A stretch of 55,426 nucleotides of DNA from Callorhinchus milii (taxonomy: Eukaryota). Positions within the stretch are counted from its first letter, which is position 1. Each line of letters begins with the position of its first letter. The position numbers were made by a program, and so were the translations under genes. The stretch spans positions 1 through 55,426 of the forward strand of contig NW_024705307.1 of the NCBI RefSeq assembly GCF_018977255.1. The letters are read 5' to 3'. The notes under the pieces were generated by a model that ran no database searches, was not told the DNA's origin, and worked only from the letters and a program-made list of their open reading frames with translations. Shown piece by piece: positions 29,018-39,974 of this stretch.

Positions 29018-31385
29018 TATTGCCATCACCGAGACGGTGTGCGTAACCTTTGTCCAACAGTATCTTGACATAGGACTGCACATTATTTGAATGTGTTAGA
29101 TAAACAATATTGTTGCTGGCTGAGCGTACACTTGGTAAAGCTGGTTTGTATTGCATTCATGACCACTGGAGTGAAATTCAGTCCTATACACTTACTACAG
29201 ATACATTTTTTGTCGAGTAATTTAAAAGTAAACAAAGCAAATGACACGGGCTGCCTAAGAACGCCTTGTTCATGATGAGAAAGTATTTTACTGCTCGTCG
29301 CAATGGAGCTATGAACGTGTCCTAATTGAAAACATTGTGCGCCTACTTCTCAAGTTCATTACACGACATCAACTGAAAGACTCACTTATGAGCACATTCA
29401 TCACAATTATGTCATAATTCATGTCTTTCGCTGTGACTGCAATGGGCAGGGCGTGCTCCTCGCTTTCCGTCACTCACAAAGCACTGTCAACCCCGTGGGA
29501 TTAAAGTCACTTTTCGAATTTAAATGCACGCCAGTGGAATTGCCGACTTCCCACGCAAGGAAGATACTCCCCCCGGGTTTCAACTTGGGCCGTAAACAAT
29601 GAGTCGAGATTGAACGGCATCAGAACATCGCACGGCAGACTTACAACGGAGGATAATCAAGAATAGCCCGCAGTGCGAATTGCTGTCACCCGCCTCGAAC
29701 CATGGACCGCATTTCACCGCTGCGATCATTCTCCGGCAGCGTTTCAGATATTCACCACGTTGCTTGTTTCTGAAGCCGTTCACTGGCTCACTCGCCATCC
29801 TCGACACAAACATTTCTCATCAACCCCCCACCCCCGCCATAACGAAATGAGAAGACTTAAATGACTCACGAGTTTGTGACTGAATGATTGTGCTCGCATC
29901 TGTGTGCGTTGTTGTTATTCCCATTACCGCGGTTGGCTACGTACGGTGCGAAAGAAGTTCAACATACACACTTCGTGGAAATGTCGACTCGTTTGACGTT
30001 AACGCTCAAATCTCAGCGATATTTAAAACGTCATGAGATGTGCACGTTCATTTACCTGTCTAAGAGGCAATGCTGCATTGTGTTCACAAATACTGCATTG
30101 TCCATTATTATCATTATTCACAGCATGGGCGAGTGAAATTTTCAAAGGGAAGTTCCTTCCACATCGTTCCCGTGCCACGCTTACTACTACTTGCATAGGG
30201 CTACACGGGAAGGAAGGGCTTCCCTCTCCCCAAGGCAATTGAACGTATTAGCACGTGGCCTTCGCGCTGGCAAATTGATCAGGATATATACACACACTGG
30301 AGTTGGCACGCAGTGTCAATCGTGCAGTCCGTACCTCTCAACAAAATAAATGGTTAATTGTGCAACTCCGTGGCTTAGACTGCCAATTCATGAGTTACCT
30401 TGAGTTGCCTTGCGATTCGCCTCCACTCTATACTAAGTTGGACAAAACGCCACACGTGTGCTTACTGCCTTGCCTACCTTTGCGGGTGTCTCATATATCA
30501 AGGTGTACACACGCGGACGTGCCAGCCACGTGCTATAGTGTACGGTGCATTACACGTGGTGAGCGTGCATGGGCGTCATCGGCACGGACTGCCCCTTCAT
30601 CCAGCAGTAGATTGTGTGGCAGGCTGGTTGGCTGATAGAATAGTGCACCTGCAGGTAGCGTTAAACAAGAGTGTAGCTTAATACGCCCGTAATTATGCGT
30701 TCCCCTAATCGAATGTGAATAGAAACTAGTTCTGCTGAACGACAATTAGTTACCGTAATTAGGTTTTCCCCGAAACAGTAATGACCGGAGAAAGGGTTAC
30801 GCCGGACTCACAATTAGCTTAGCTTTTTTAAATATATAAATGTTAGGGGTACGGTTCTTAAATGCCTTTCCTGAACATTAGCGCGTAATTTCATCTTTTG
30901 CTTTCTAAAAACCGAGATCTCACCGTGGGGCACACGATGAACACAACGCGATTGTGAGCACGCCTTCGTTCGGGAGGGGGAGAATTGATTGTGCGCAGCG
31001 TGCAATTGAGAAACGTGTATTTGTTTGGTGGGAATGCAGCCGCATTTAAAGGTTACGTGATTTTTATTGGACGTGAAGTCCGCTAAGTGTGAAACTATAC
31101 ACGCAACCATTACTTAAACGTATAGGTTTTCAGTGCAATTCTATAGATGTTCTTTTCAACCTCGATTTAAACTCAAGGAACCGCCTTGGCATATGGTTTG
31201 AAGGAGACTAAGACATACATTGCCACTGCAATCAACGCCTAATCACTACCTTGACACACTGTGTAAAACACGCCAACGTTTCGGTTCACGGCCCATCCAC
31301 AGATCGATTTCCCTTATTGCTTTGAAAAATGAGCAACATCCCAAAAGACTATAGCTTGCATTTCTCTTTTAAGTATTGCTATTAA

Positions 31386-31501
31386 TCTTAATTTAGGAGC
31401 TTTCGTGACTGCAGGAATTATTCTTTGTTCTTTTCTGTTAAGTCACGTCTAATTTATTATTTTATTTTTAGACGTGACTTAACCGAAAAGAACCAAAGAA
31501 T
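31386..31501 (-). mobile_element. Short palindromic Penelope-like element remnant, copy 1
   Basis: Inverted arms ttctttgttc...gtcacgtcta / tagacgtgac...aaccaaagaa, with the family tail (reverse complement of gcagtcacgaaagct) on the left. Direct repeat TATTGCTATTAA at 31374-31385 and 31502-31513. Confidence 0.75.
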
Positions 31502-31764
31502 TATTGCTATTAAACTATGTAAAATGTATTCGAAGGTGGTATAGTGTATGCCACCACTTTGTCGGTGTATGTTATGTATGATCTTTAAAGTTAGGCAAGG
31601 TTGACCCGAGATAATGCATGGAAGGGTGGCCACTATGCATGAAACATGCGTTATAAGTCTCCTGTGGGGCTACTTTTTCCAGCCAAGGTTAGTGCAACAA
31701 CATCCATTGTCCTGAACGATGCTCCGACGCCTATGACCACCCGCTTTCAGCAACCCCGCACTAA

Positions 31765-31856
31765 CAAGCATGGTGAAGTATGGTCAAACAACCCTCCCGG
31801 CCTATATGCTGGCACGGGCAAGGCCCTAATCCAGCAGTGGATTGACAAAGATGGGC
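31765..31856 (+). mobile_element. SINE family C 3' fragment (similar tails near 30595, 38670, 47460, 53215, 54345)
   Basis: gcatggtgaagtatggtcaaaca...aggccctaatccagcagtggattgacaaag. Confidence 0.6.
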
Positions 31857-32540
31857 AGTGCCTGTACATTCTACGCATAATCGTGGCCGATTGTTTTGTT
31901 CGTATACCTTGCCCTGACAAGTGACAGCTACGGGATGTGAGCCAGTGTGATGTGTACGTGTGCACAGACAATTCTGCCACGTGCATCCGAATTAATCCAA
32001 CCAACTCGGCATGCACGCCGTCGAAACAGGATCGAAACACGCTTGCACGGATATACAGGGCGATCAATTTAAACATATCCCCACGGCATTCTAATTGATC
32101 TCCCCTTTTATTTTTAAACGGGCGATTGAACGCCGTGAAAGCGACGTCTTCGTAATCTCGCAGAGCGTTCACAGATTTAATAGGTGCGGCAAAATTAGCC
32201 GGGGGGGGGGGATGAGGGTGGAATGACACGTTGGCTCCGCGTCTTCATCTATCGGACGAAAAGTAGGGTTGATGTTTTTGTGGGGTCTCTGTAAATGGAT
32301 CACCCCGTATTATACACGGGGGGGGAGGCTGCTTTGGCGGGGGGCGGCTTTGTGCACCATGCACTGACTGAACCCCATGCGAACTCAAAGCAGCACAGTC
32401 ATTGCCTGTGGCTAAACTATACTCGTGACACCGCATTCTTGGATGTGAAAACGATACACGCACTACTTTTTTTTCTTAAATAACAAAAAAACCCTCCCAT
32501 GTTCAAGCATGTTTTTGTTGTTGTTTTTGGAAGGCACATT

Positions 32541-32546
32541 TTTATT
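32541..32546 (-). terminator. Candidate NRARP polyadenylation signal (AATAAA)
   Basis: Minus-strand AATAAA followed by GU/U-rich sequence, at the end of an AU- and UGUA-rich stretch. More proximal AATAAA hexamers exist near 33670 and 34110. Confidence 0.4.
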
Positions 32547-33828
32547 TGCCCGTATAGCCGTCCGTCAAGGCCCACCTCTCTCTTCTCTACGCAAACACGA
32601 GTTAGGGTCGCCGTAACTATGACGGTACAATGTATATATACACACACACAAGATACACACACGCACACAAAATCTGCTCCCGTAATCAAGCACCACCGCT
32701 CAACTTGTCAGTGCAACGTTGCGTCAACTTTACTGTTGTTTCTCTCTCTCTCTCAAATCACCTTTTATATATATAAAATGAAACACTTTAACGAGTCTCA
32801 GGTTTCAATATCATTCCGTACGGGGGGGGCGGTTCTTTCCCGTCTCTCCCTTTTCCACACACGCAAAAAAAAGTAAAGCATCCCTTTCATATACAAAAAA
32901 ATGACACATTTTGCACATTCAACGAACTGCGCGTGAAAACTTTTGTGAAACTTCAGGGGTTGTTGTTGTTGTTGCATGTGCTCACAAAATCTGCACGCAG
33001 CCCGGTACAATGGAAGTATAAGTACGGTATGTAATATACTCAAGGTGTCGTACAATAAGCGATACACAGTATAGCATTATACAATACGCAAGTAAAACAT
33101 ACACTGTGTCGGTGTGGCAACAGCAATGTCCATAACAGTTGGGACTTGTGTCTGTGTATTTAACCGCAATATGACAGTAATTGAATGTATTATACGGTTG
33201 TTCTTTTACAGCAATTTGCACATCATTTGTTTTTGCATTGCGTAAAAAAAAGATACCGCCACACGTGCACCAACGCTTAAAGCGCATTTCTTTGTGTTTT
33301 TTAATAATGCTCTATAATTCTATACATTTCTTTGCATTGGCAAAACAAAATAAACAAATCCTATCCAATGTGTTATAAGGTACGTGCTCGCTGCAAACAT
33401 CAATCAGCATCAATGACAACGAGACATTAACCACGGCAATGTCGTCAGGTTTGCAAATCCTGCATCTCGCATCTACAGGACGAAGATCAATGTGTGCAGT
33501 GTGTGTAAAAAATTAAACCATCACGTACGACCTCACTCAAACGGGGGCACTAAATCAGGGGTGGCACGGCACAGTAATTATCCTTTCCTATAAAGGAGCA
33601 TTTCACAAAAATGCCGCCACTTATTGATTATTTTTGCTGTATTGCAAAAAAACCAGTTACGGTTACTTTATTTAAAAAAAACAAGCCACTGTCCATTGGA
33701 TTGATGAACCCAGATGTGTTCTGCCAAATTCTCCGGAAAGTAATCAAGACGCACCAAAAAAAACCAACCACGTGCCCGGGTGTGAATATAAAGTTCTGCA
33801 AATATGGTCACACACACACACACACCTG

Positions 33829-33913
33829 CCGGGTTATAAGACGCATCCCTTAAGTTTCGTTTTTAAAATACAGGGGGGAGGAAAAGTGCGTCTTATAAAC
33901 CGGAGAATACGGT
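33829..33913. mobile_element. Tc2/pogo-like MITE terminal fragment
   Basis: Internal inverted repeat ttataagacgca / tgcgtcttataa followed by accggagaatacgg, resembling the CCGTATT..CG terminal repeats of Tc2/pogo-type elements. Confidence 0.5.
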
Positions 33914-33942
33914 GCTGCATGGACCTGAACATCGGAACAACA

Positions 33943-34031
33943 TTAATTTTAATTTCATTTTTTACCTACGTGACTTTACCGAAAGAACTAAGAGTATGAA
34001 TCATTGCAGTCACGAAAGCTTCAAATCTAGA
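33943..34031 (+). mobile_element. Penelope-like element 3' remnant without inverted arm, copy 2
   Basis: ctacgtgactttaccgaaagaactaag...gcagtcacgaaagcttcaaatc. Direct repeat ATCGGAACAACA at 33931-33942 and 34032-34043. Confidence 0.75.
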
Positions 34032-35755
34032 ATCGGAACAACACACGGGCCGTTCAAACGCACACACACACACATTCTTCGGCACGCTGTAGATATGTTA
34101 CGGATGTTTATTTACCGTGTGAACAACAACACAAAAAATAATGAAAGGTAGAACCTACATTTGATTATGCGCTGAATTAAAATACTGCATTCAAAGTTGC
34201 GCGTTTTAAAGGTTTTAGGCTTTCGTTTGACATTTAATTTTCTGTTATTAGCGGACAAATGTAAAAAAAACCAAAACATCAGGTGCCCCCCTGCCACCAC
34301 CTCCGCGACTTGAGATTTAGTCAATGTCAATCAACATATTGTGTCTGTGCACACAAACACCCATCCGTGACCTGGTCACTTTGTATAAGCATTGTACATA
34401 CACACTGCCCAGTCAATTCCTTATCACAACCATACGCAAGTCGAGGTAGAGTGATCGTGTTTTTAAGGCCAGTCTTTCTGTTAAGTTTTCGCACACAAAT
34501 AGCAGCTATCGTAAGGTTTTTTTGGAAAGGGGGGGTGATCGGGAAAATTGGGGAGTTGTTGGGAAATCGGCTCGGAAAGAGATGCTCGCGAAATGTCAAA
34601 ACTGCCTACGCATTACAAAGTCCCGTCCGTTGACACTTTTGGGATGGAGGAAAAGGTTACTTTTTGTTTTAAATAGTTAAAAGGCTAAACACCTATTCGT
34701 GTTATCTGCGTTGCAGGCAAGAGGACTTCTCGCTCAGAGGTGGCGCAATTGGTCCGCGCAAGTGTCCAAGTCGCGTCTAACATTCCGACCCAGGATAATT
34801 CTATCGCGTTCATCTATACAGCCACTTGTGAAGGATGTGTTCGTGCAGATTTTCCGAGATAGCGTGCAGGGGATGAGGCTGGTCCGCTTGAAAAAACAAC
34901 GATATCGGAAAAACAAAAACAAGTCTTAAACAAACAGAAAACAAATCATTATTCGCCAGCCGGAGGAAGTCCAACACCTTTCATCGGCACATTCTGGCCG
35001 AAACTCGTTAACCACGTTTTTAAATAAATCTCAAATGCGAACACCACCACCGCCACTGTCACCGATGAGGTCTTTCTTTTGGTGGCTGGAAGCGGCGGTA
35101 CACAAAGGCCCCCGTCCCCAGAACCGAGACGATTGACAGCTTGGCTGTATCCGCCGTCTTGCAGGACGCTGGCCACGTGTAAGGGACGGAGAGATACCTC
35201 GCATATTCTCTCGGCTGTAGGTGCTGGCCCCTTCCTTGTAATAGGCCTCTTAGGCTGCTTCGATACCACCTACCCAGGCGTGGGTCCACTCCTTGTCCGG
35301 CTTCAACTTCAGTTGGCAGCCGGTGGTTGGGAAGACGGAGCCGAACTTCAACAACAACACAACAACAACACGCGTTGAACGAAAGCTTGGCGCTCGAGTG
35401 AAATTGTCCTGGGTGAGACGACGACGACGATGATGATGTTGATGAGATGGTGGTGGTGGCTTGTTTGTCGTGGTGCTCAGCTTATCGTAGTGCTAAGCTT
35501 GCTTACTGCCTCCGCCACCGATGATGTTGTTGCTGCTGCTGCTGGTGGCGCTGCTCAGTCGCCAGTCGCGGGTTTGATGTCCACATGGCAGAGGCAGCAG
35601 CAGCAGCTTGAAGGAGGTCGCTCCACAACCACCACCTCCACCCTGTCCACACAACAACGAGCGATGGCACCGACGCGAGACCGTACGGCAACAGGACAAG
35701 GAGCTCGGGGTAAGGAAGACGACTTTTTCCCTCTCCCCTCCCTCCCTCTCCCTCG

Positions 35756-36106
35756 CTACCGTCGCCTCGTGCCGCTGTTGATGAGGTACAGGACGATGTC
35801 CTGGTGTCCTCCGAAGGCTGCGATGTGCAGGGCGCTCCACCCGTCACGCGTGGCCAACCTGGGGTCAGCCCCGAACTGCACGAGGAGCTTCACGAGCTCC
35901 AAGTTGCCCGCGATGACCGAGCGATGAAGAGCCGTCTGACCCTCGGGGCCGAAAAACGAGTTCACGTTGAACTGTTCGCCGGCACCGGCCGTGGCGTCTT
36001 GCAGGAGGGCCTGGAGTTTGCTGGTGTCACCTCGACTCACCGCCTCCTGGAAGATGCGCTGGTACGAGGAGGATGAGGAGCAGGAGGGCATCTCAGCTTG
36101 GCTCAT
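35756..36106 (-). CDS. NRARP: Notch-regulated ankyrin repeat protein, uninterrupted CDS, 116 aa
   Basis: Translation MSQAEMPSCSSSSSYQRIFQEAVSRGDT...FNVNSFFGPEGQTALHRSVIAGNLELVKLLVQFGADPRLATRDGWSALHIAAFGGHQDIVLYLINSGTRRR closely follows vertebrate NRARP as I recall it (MSQAE...QRIFQEAV..G...FNVNSFGPEGQTALH...GWSALHIAAFGGHQDIVLYLI). ATG at 36106 is in gcgaccATG context (A at -3); TAG at 35758-35756. Confidence 0.97.
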   Translation of the reverse strand: MSQAEMPSCSSSSSYQRIFQEAVSRGDTSKLQALLQDATAGAGEQFNVNSFFGPEGQTALHRSVIAGNLELVKLLVQFGADPRLATRDGWSALHIAAFGGHQDIVLYLINSGTRRR

Positions 36107-36519
36107 GGTCGCCACGGCCACCCCACCACACACGTGTGCGTGGGCCCTCTCGCTCACCTCACCCACGGTCGGAAGCGAACGAGGAGATGGCTTTTGGTGG
36201 CCCTCTCTCACTTGGGTTTTTGGTAAATGATGGACGGGGCCACCCACACCACCACCACCACCCCAGTATTGTCACCACCACCACCGGCACCGCTGCACAC
36301 GTGCCGAGTCGCTCTGGGTTTCTTGTTTTCTCGTCCAAGCCTTCCTCCTCCTCCTTCTTGTTCTCTCAGTTCACTCGCTCGTCCTTGTTGTCCGGCGGCG
36401 TCGTCGTTTAACTCGGTTCTGTCTCGGTCTTCACTCGACTTCGGTCGACTTCTTGAGCGTTCCTCCCCAAAGCTCCCGGCGCCAATTTCCTCACCGCCTG
36501 GGCCACTTCACAAGTAGCG

Positions 36520-36630
36520 CGCTTTATGATTTTTTAATTCCCCCCCCAAAAAACGTGGGAGATGGAGGAAGAGGAGGGGGCGGTGCGTGAAGGGCGCCTC
36601 GCTGTGCACTGCGGTCTGTGGGAACTCCGC
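36520..36630 (-). promoter_or_regulatory. Putative NRARP proximal promoter with TATA-like CATAAA and CSL/RBPJ sites
   Basis: Minus-strand CATAAA at 36528-36523, TGTGGGAA at 36617-36624 and near-match CGTGGGAG at 36554-36561, in CpG-rich DNA about 420-520 bp upstream of the ATG. NRARP is an established direct Notch target. Confidence 0.55.
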
Positions 36631-36788
36631 AGACAGACGCGGGGCTTTTTAACGCTGGGGGGGTTGGTGGCGGTGGTCGGGGGTTTCAATGGAGAAGAGG
36701 TTCACCCCAGCCACCCCCTACGGCGGTCTCCTCTGTCGCGCGCCGCACAGACGTCGCTGTTTCTAAACCGTGCTGCGGAGACCCCGAG

Positions 36789-37243
36789 CCACCACCATCA
36801 GCCCCCACCACCAGCCCCACCATCAGCAGCCCCCCACCACCAACCCCACCACCACTAGTCCCACCACCACCAGCAGCCCCAACCACCACCACCAGCCCCA
36901 CCACAACCAGCAGCCTCAACCACCCCACCTGCCCCACCACCAGCCTCACCACCCACCACCAGCCCCAACCACCACCACCAGCCCCACAACCATCAGCCCC
37001 ACCACCACAACCACCACCAGCCCCAACCACTACCACCAGCCCCAACCACCACCACCAGTCCAACCACCACCACCAGCCCCACCACCATCAGCCCCCACCA
37101 CCACAACCACCACCAGCCCCAACCACCACCCCAACCACCATCACCAGCCCCAACCACCACAACCACCACCAGCCCCACCACCACCAGCCCCACCATCCCC
37201 AACCACCACCACCAGCCACAACCACCAGCACCAGCCCCACACC
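36789..37243 (+). repeat. Degenerate CCA-rich tandem repeat, unit about ccaccaccagcccca(a), ~450 bp
   Basis: Almost only C and A on the plus strand, with many imperfect 15-18 nt units. Confidence 0.95.
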
Positions 37244-38732
37244 GCTCTTTACCTAACAAATTATAACTGGTTGCGTATTACCGTACCGTATGTAACCTAA
37301 CCGCACACACGTATTACTGGCGATGTTAATAAGATAAATAATAAGTGGAGTTATGTTTGAATAAATGACACACGTTAGTTAATTCGCACATTGTCCAGTT
37401 AGTCAATTCACCCGATATGCCGTGTAACACCCGACATGAACACATTCGATGCTGTCACCGTGGTGGTGGTTAGTGATTGTCACACTCGCGTGCGGTGTGG
37501 TTTAATGTGGCCAACGTGGAAGAGTAGGCCAAATACCATCTAGAGGCGCTCTCCAGTGCTCCAGTTAAGTGGATGCCCTTCCGCCAGCAGTGGCGTGAGC
37601 GAGCAATTGCAGGGCTGTACCTTTACCTTGTAATGTATGGAGAGAGCAGTGGTACGGCGGTTAGCGCACTGCACTTCAAACCTTCATCCAGGCGTTTCTC
37701 ATCTTCTCAGTGTATTTTAAGATCGTGCATTTTACATAGGATTTCTTAACGTATCATTAAGGTTACAGACGAGAGGGAGGAGCCTGTCATGAAGACTGTG
37801 CATTGTTAGAATATTGTTATATTAAGATAGCTTTATACATTAAAAGGGTAGTGGTTAGTTTCCTAAAACCATAAAAAGCACGTTCATCAATTCCTACCTT
37901 AAATTGGGGAACTCAACGTACATTTGTGCTTTAACAATAAACTTTGCATGCACTTTGTGATGGCAATATAAATGTCAATGATTGTGTTGATAATACATGA
38001 TTTTTTTTTTAAAATAACAATTTTACAGAAACAGTTTGGTTGTTATCAAAATTCAAACTTTAAACATGCAGTGTGCAATCTGGAGTTTAATCCCAAAATT
38101 CATAGCATCATTGAAATGAATTGCTCAATGTTAATTCCAGTAATTAACACTAGTACGTGAACATTTACTAATTATGTGGTGATGTTGCTTTGACAGTAAT
38201 GCACACGCTCACTCCACATTCGTCAAAACACTTTTGCCTTAACAGTAAATATATAATAGGCAACGTTTTGGGAAATGGCCCTTCTTAATAGCACATAAAA
38301 ACGTTATTTGTGTTATTGTGCTATGTTTATGAGAGTCTGCCAGCATCATTTTAATATATTTTGCTCGTGATGTATGTACATTACTCAGAGCGAACGATTT
38401 GTACCTCAACTGGACATGTGTGAAAAAGAGCTTTATCGCTCACTGGATTCCTCCAGAATAAAGATTCTGATTCTGAGCTGTTCGGAAAGCAAGACAGCTC
38501 ACTCCAAGTGATTATGGCCAGTGGGCAAAAATAACCCAGAAGCAACCAAAAGCAGGAAACAGTGCCCAGGAATAAATCCCCCGCAGAGATGGGCCAATGA
38601 GATTGGCTTTCCCGTGAAAGGTGCTCGCTGCATTGTCGGACCATGAGGCACGGCCAATAGCTTGGGAAGGCCTTCATCCAGCAGTGGATTGACCATGGCT
38701 GACGATGAAGCTTACCGTGGAGGAAACCGTCG

Positions 38733-39077
38733 GGGGCCATCCATTTAGTCCGTACGCAAAAATCTGTCAAAACTTGACCCCTCCACCTCCCTCCCTGTAC
38801 GCACGCGGACTTTTTACACCCCCCCCCGAATCCTATAGAACGGCCGATATTTAATCCACGCAGAAACGATCAAGGATGAATAATATTCACGTGTTTAAGC
38901 AAACAGACAGCCCACCGCCGGACTATCTAGCTCATTTGAAGGCAGTAGACAAATTATTATCGAGCTTCACACCCCCCCCCCCACCGTTTCCTATGCGTAC
39001 ATTGTCAATAGCCCCCCCATACGCAAGGGTACGCATTTGGGTTCACCCCCCTCCATGCGTACTGAATGGATGTCCCC
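38733..39077. mobile_element. MITE, probably PIF/Harbinger type (~345 bp)
   Basis: Imperfect terminal inverted repeats ggggccatccatttagt..gtacgca and tgcgtactgaatggatgtcccc, internal gtacgca/tgcgtac sub-repeats, and TTA immediately 3'. The matching 5' TSD is not preserved. Confidence 0.65.
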
Positions 39078-39539
39078 TTACGAGTTAAAGATATGAAATG
39101 GCTGATTCCGTAATCGGAGGCTGACAGTGTCCTGTGTAAAACTAATGTTCAGGAGGTCAACGCCAATATTGAGGTTTGCTGGCCACGAGAGGGCTGGAGG
39201 GGAGAATTCGTCGAGTTTTAGCGATTCCACCAATGAAGGAGCGCAGACTGCGGTGATTTATAACTAAATATAGTCGAGTTTGTGTTGTATGGCCACTTGC
39301 ACTGTGGTGTTTGTCTTTAATGTATCTCGAGTCCACGTGCCTCTATGGGTTTACTGCAGTGCTGAATATGGTTCCATAGTTTAGGCAGCACGGCCACAAT
39401 CGCACTCTACCCGCAGATCGTGACTTTTAATTTCCCCATTTACGAAGGGAGGAGATGTGGCTTGAACATCGCCCCGTTGATATGCTCCCGATACGTTTGC
39501 TTCGCACACCAGCGGAGTGCATAACTGAACACATTTTTT

Positions 39540-39758
39540 TAGTTTTTACTTTAGCCAGGTAAGGCCCTCTTGAGCTCTATCGATCTTTTTCAGAAGCGAC
39601 CTGGCTATCAGAATTTATTGTGCAATTAAGTGCCTTATACGTGGAAATGTATAGCAGCCAAATACGCCAAAAGCGTCTTTATATGTGTGGAAGCAAAAAC
39701 CGCAGGACCCGAAAGAAAAAAAATCCACTCGACCACGGGAAGAGGGACACGCAAACTA
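39540..39758 (-). mobile_element. Same V-SINE-like family, inverted copy, abutting Penelope-like copy 3
   Basis: ccaggtaaggccc...ttttcagaagcgacctggc and aaatccactcgaccacggga...gcaaact match the reverse complement of the 28.3-kb copy. Confidence 0.7.
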
Positions 39759-39835
39759 TCGTGTTTTTTTATTGGTTCTTTCGGTAAATTAACGTAGAAG
39801 GGAAATAATAAAATAATAAAAATAAAACAAGAAAA

Positions 39836-39883
39836 TTCTCACGTTTCGATTGCAACACAAGCAATCATCATCAGGTGTGAAAA
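39836..39883 (-). ncRNA. Minimal type I hammerhead ribozyme-like motif, inverted copy (degenerate)
   Basis: Minus strand ttttcacac-CTGATGA-t-GATTGC ttgtgtt GCAATC-GAAAC-gtgagaa: intact core and 6-bp stem II, but the GTC cleavage triplet is missing. Confidence 0.6.
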
Positions 39884-39926
39884 CCACAGCAATATATTTT
39901 TTTTAAGTGGCGTTTTTTTGCTGTGG

Positions 39927-39974
39927 TTTTCACACCTGACGATTGCTTGTGTTGCAATCGAAACGTCGTGAGAA
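39927..39974 (+). ncRNA. Minimal type I hammerhead ribozyme-like motif (degenerate)
   Basis: ttttcacac-CTGACGA-ttgc ttgtgtt gcaatc-GAAAC-GTC-gtgagaa: CUGANGA and GAAA core boxes, GUC cleavage triplet at 39965-39967, bulged stem I. It lacks 3 nt at the base of stem II relative to the other arm. Confidence 0.6.

Noticed and set aside
35430..36076. Plus-strand ORFs antisense to NRARP (165 aa, 90 aa)
   Set aside because: Shadow ORFs of GC-rich coding and triplet-repeat UTR sequence with no recognisable protein features.
36107..36247. 47-aa N-terminal extension of NRARP in the 163-aa ORF call
   Set aside because: It starts at GTG and has no NRARP similarity. The ATG at 36106 matches the known N-terminus and has a good Kozak context.
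36618..37300. Pro/Thr/His-rich ORFs of 212 and 176 aa (extensin- or mucin-like)
   Set aside because: They are by-products of the stop-free CCA repeat and are open in several frames.
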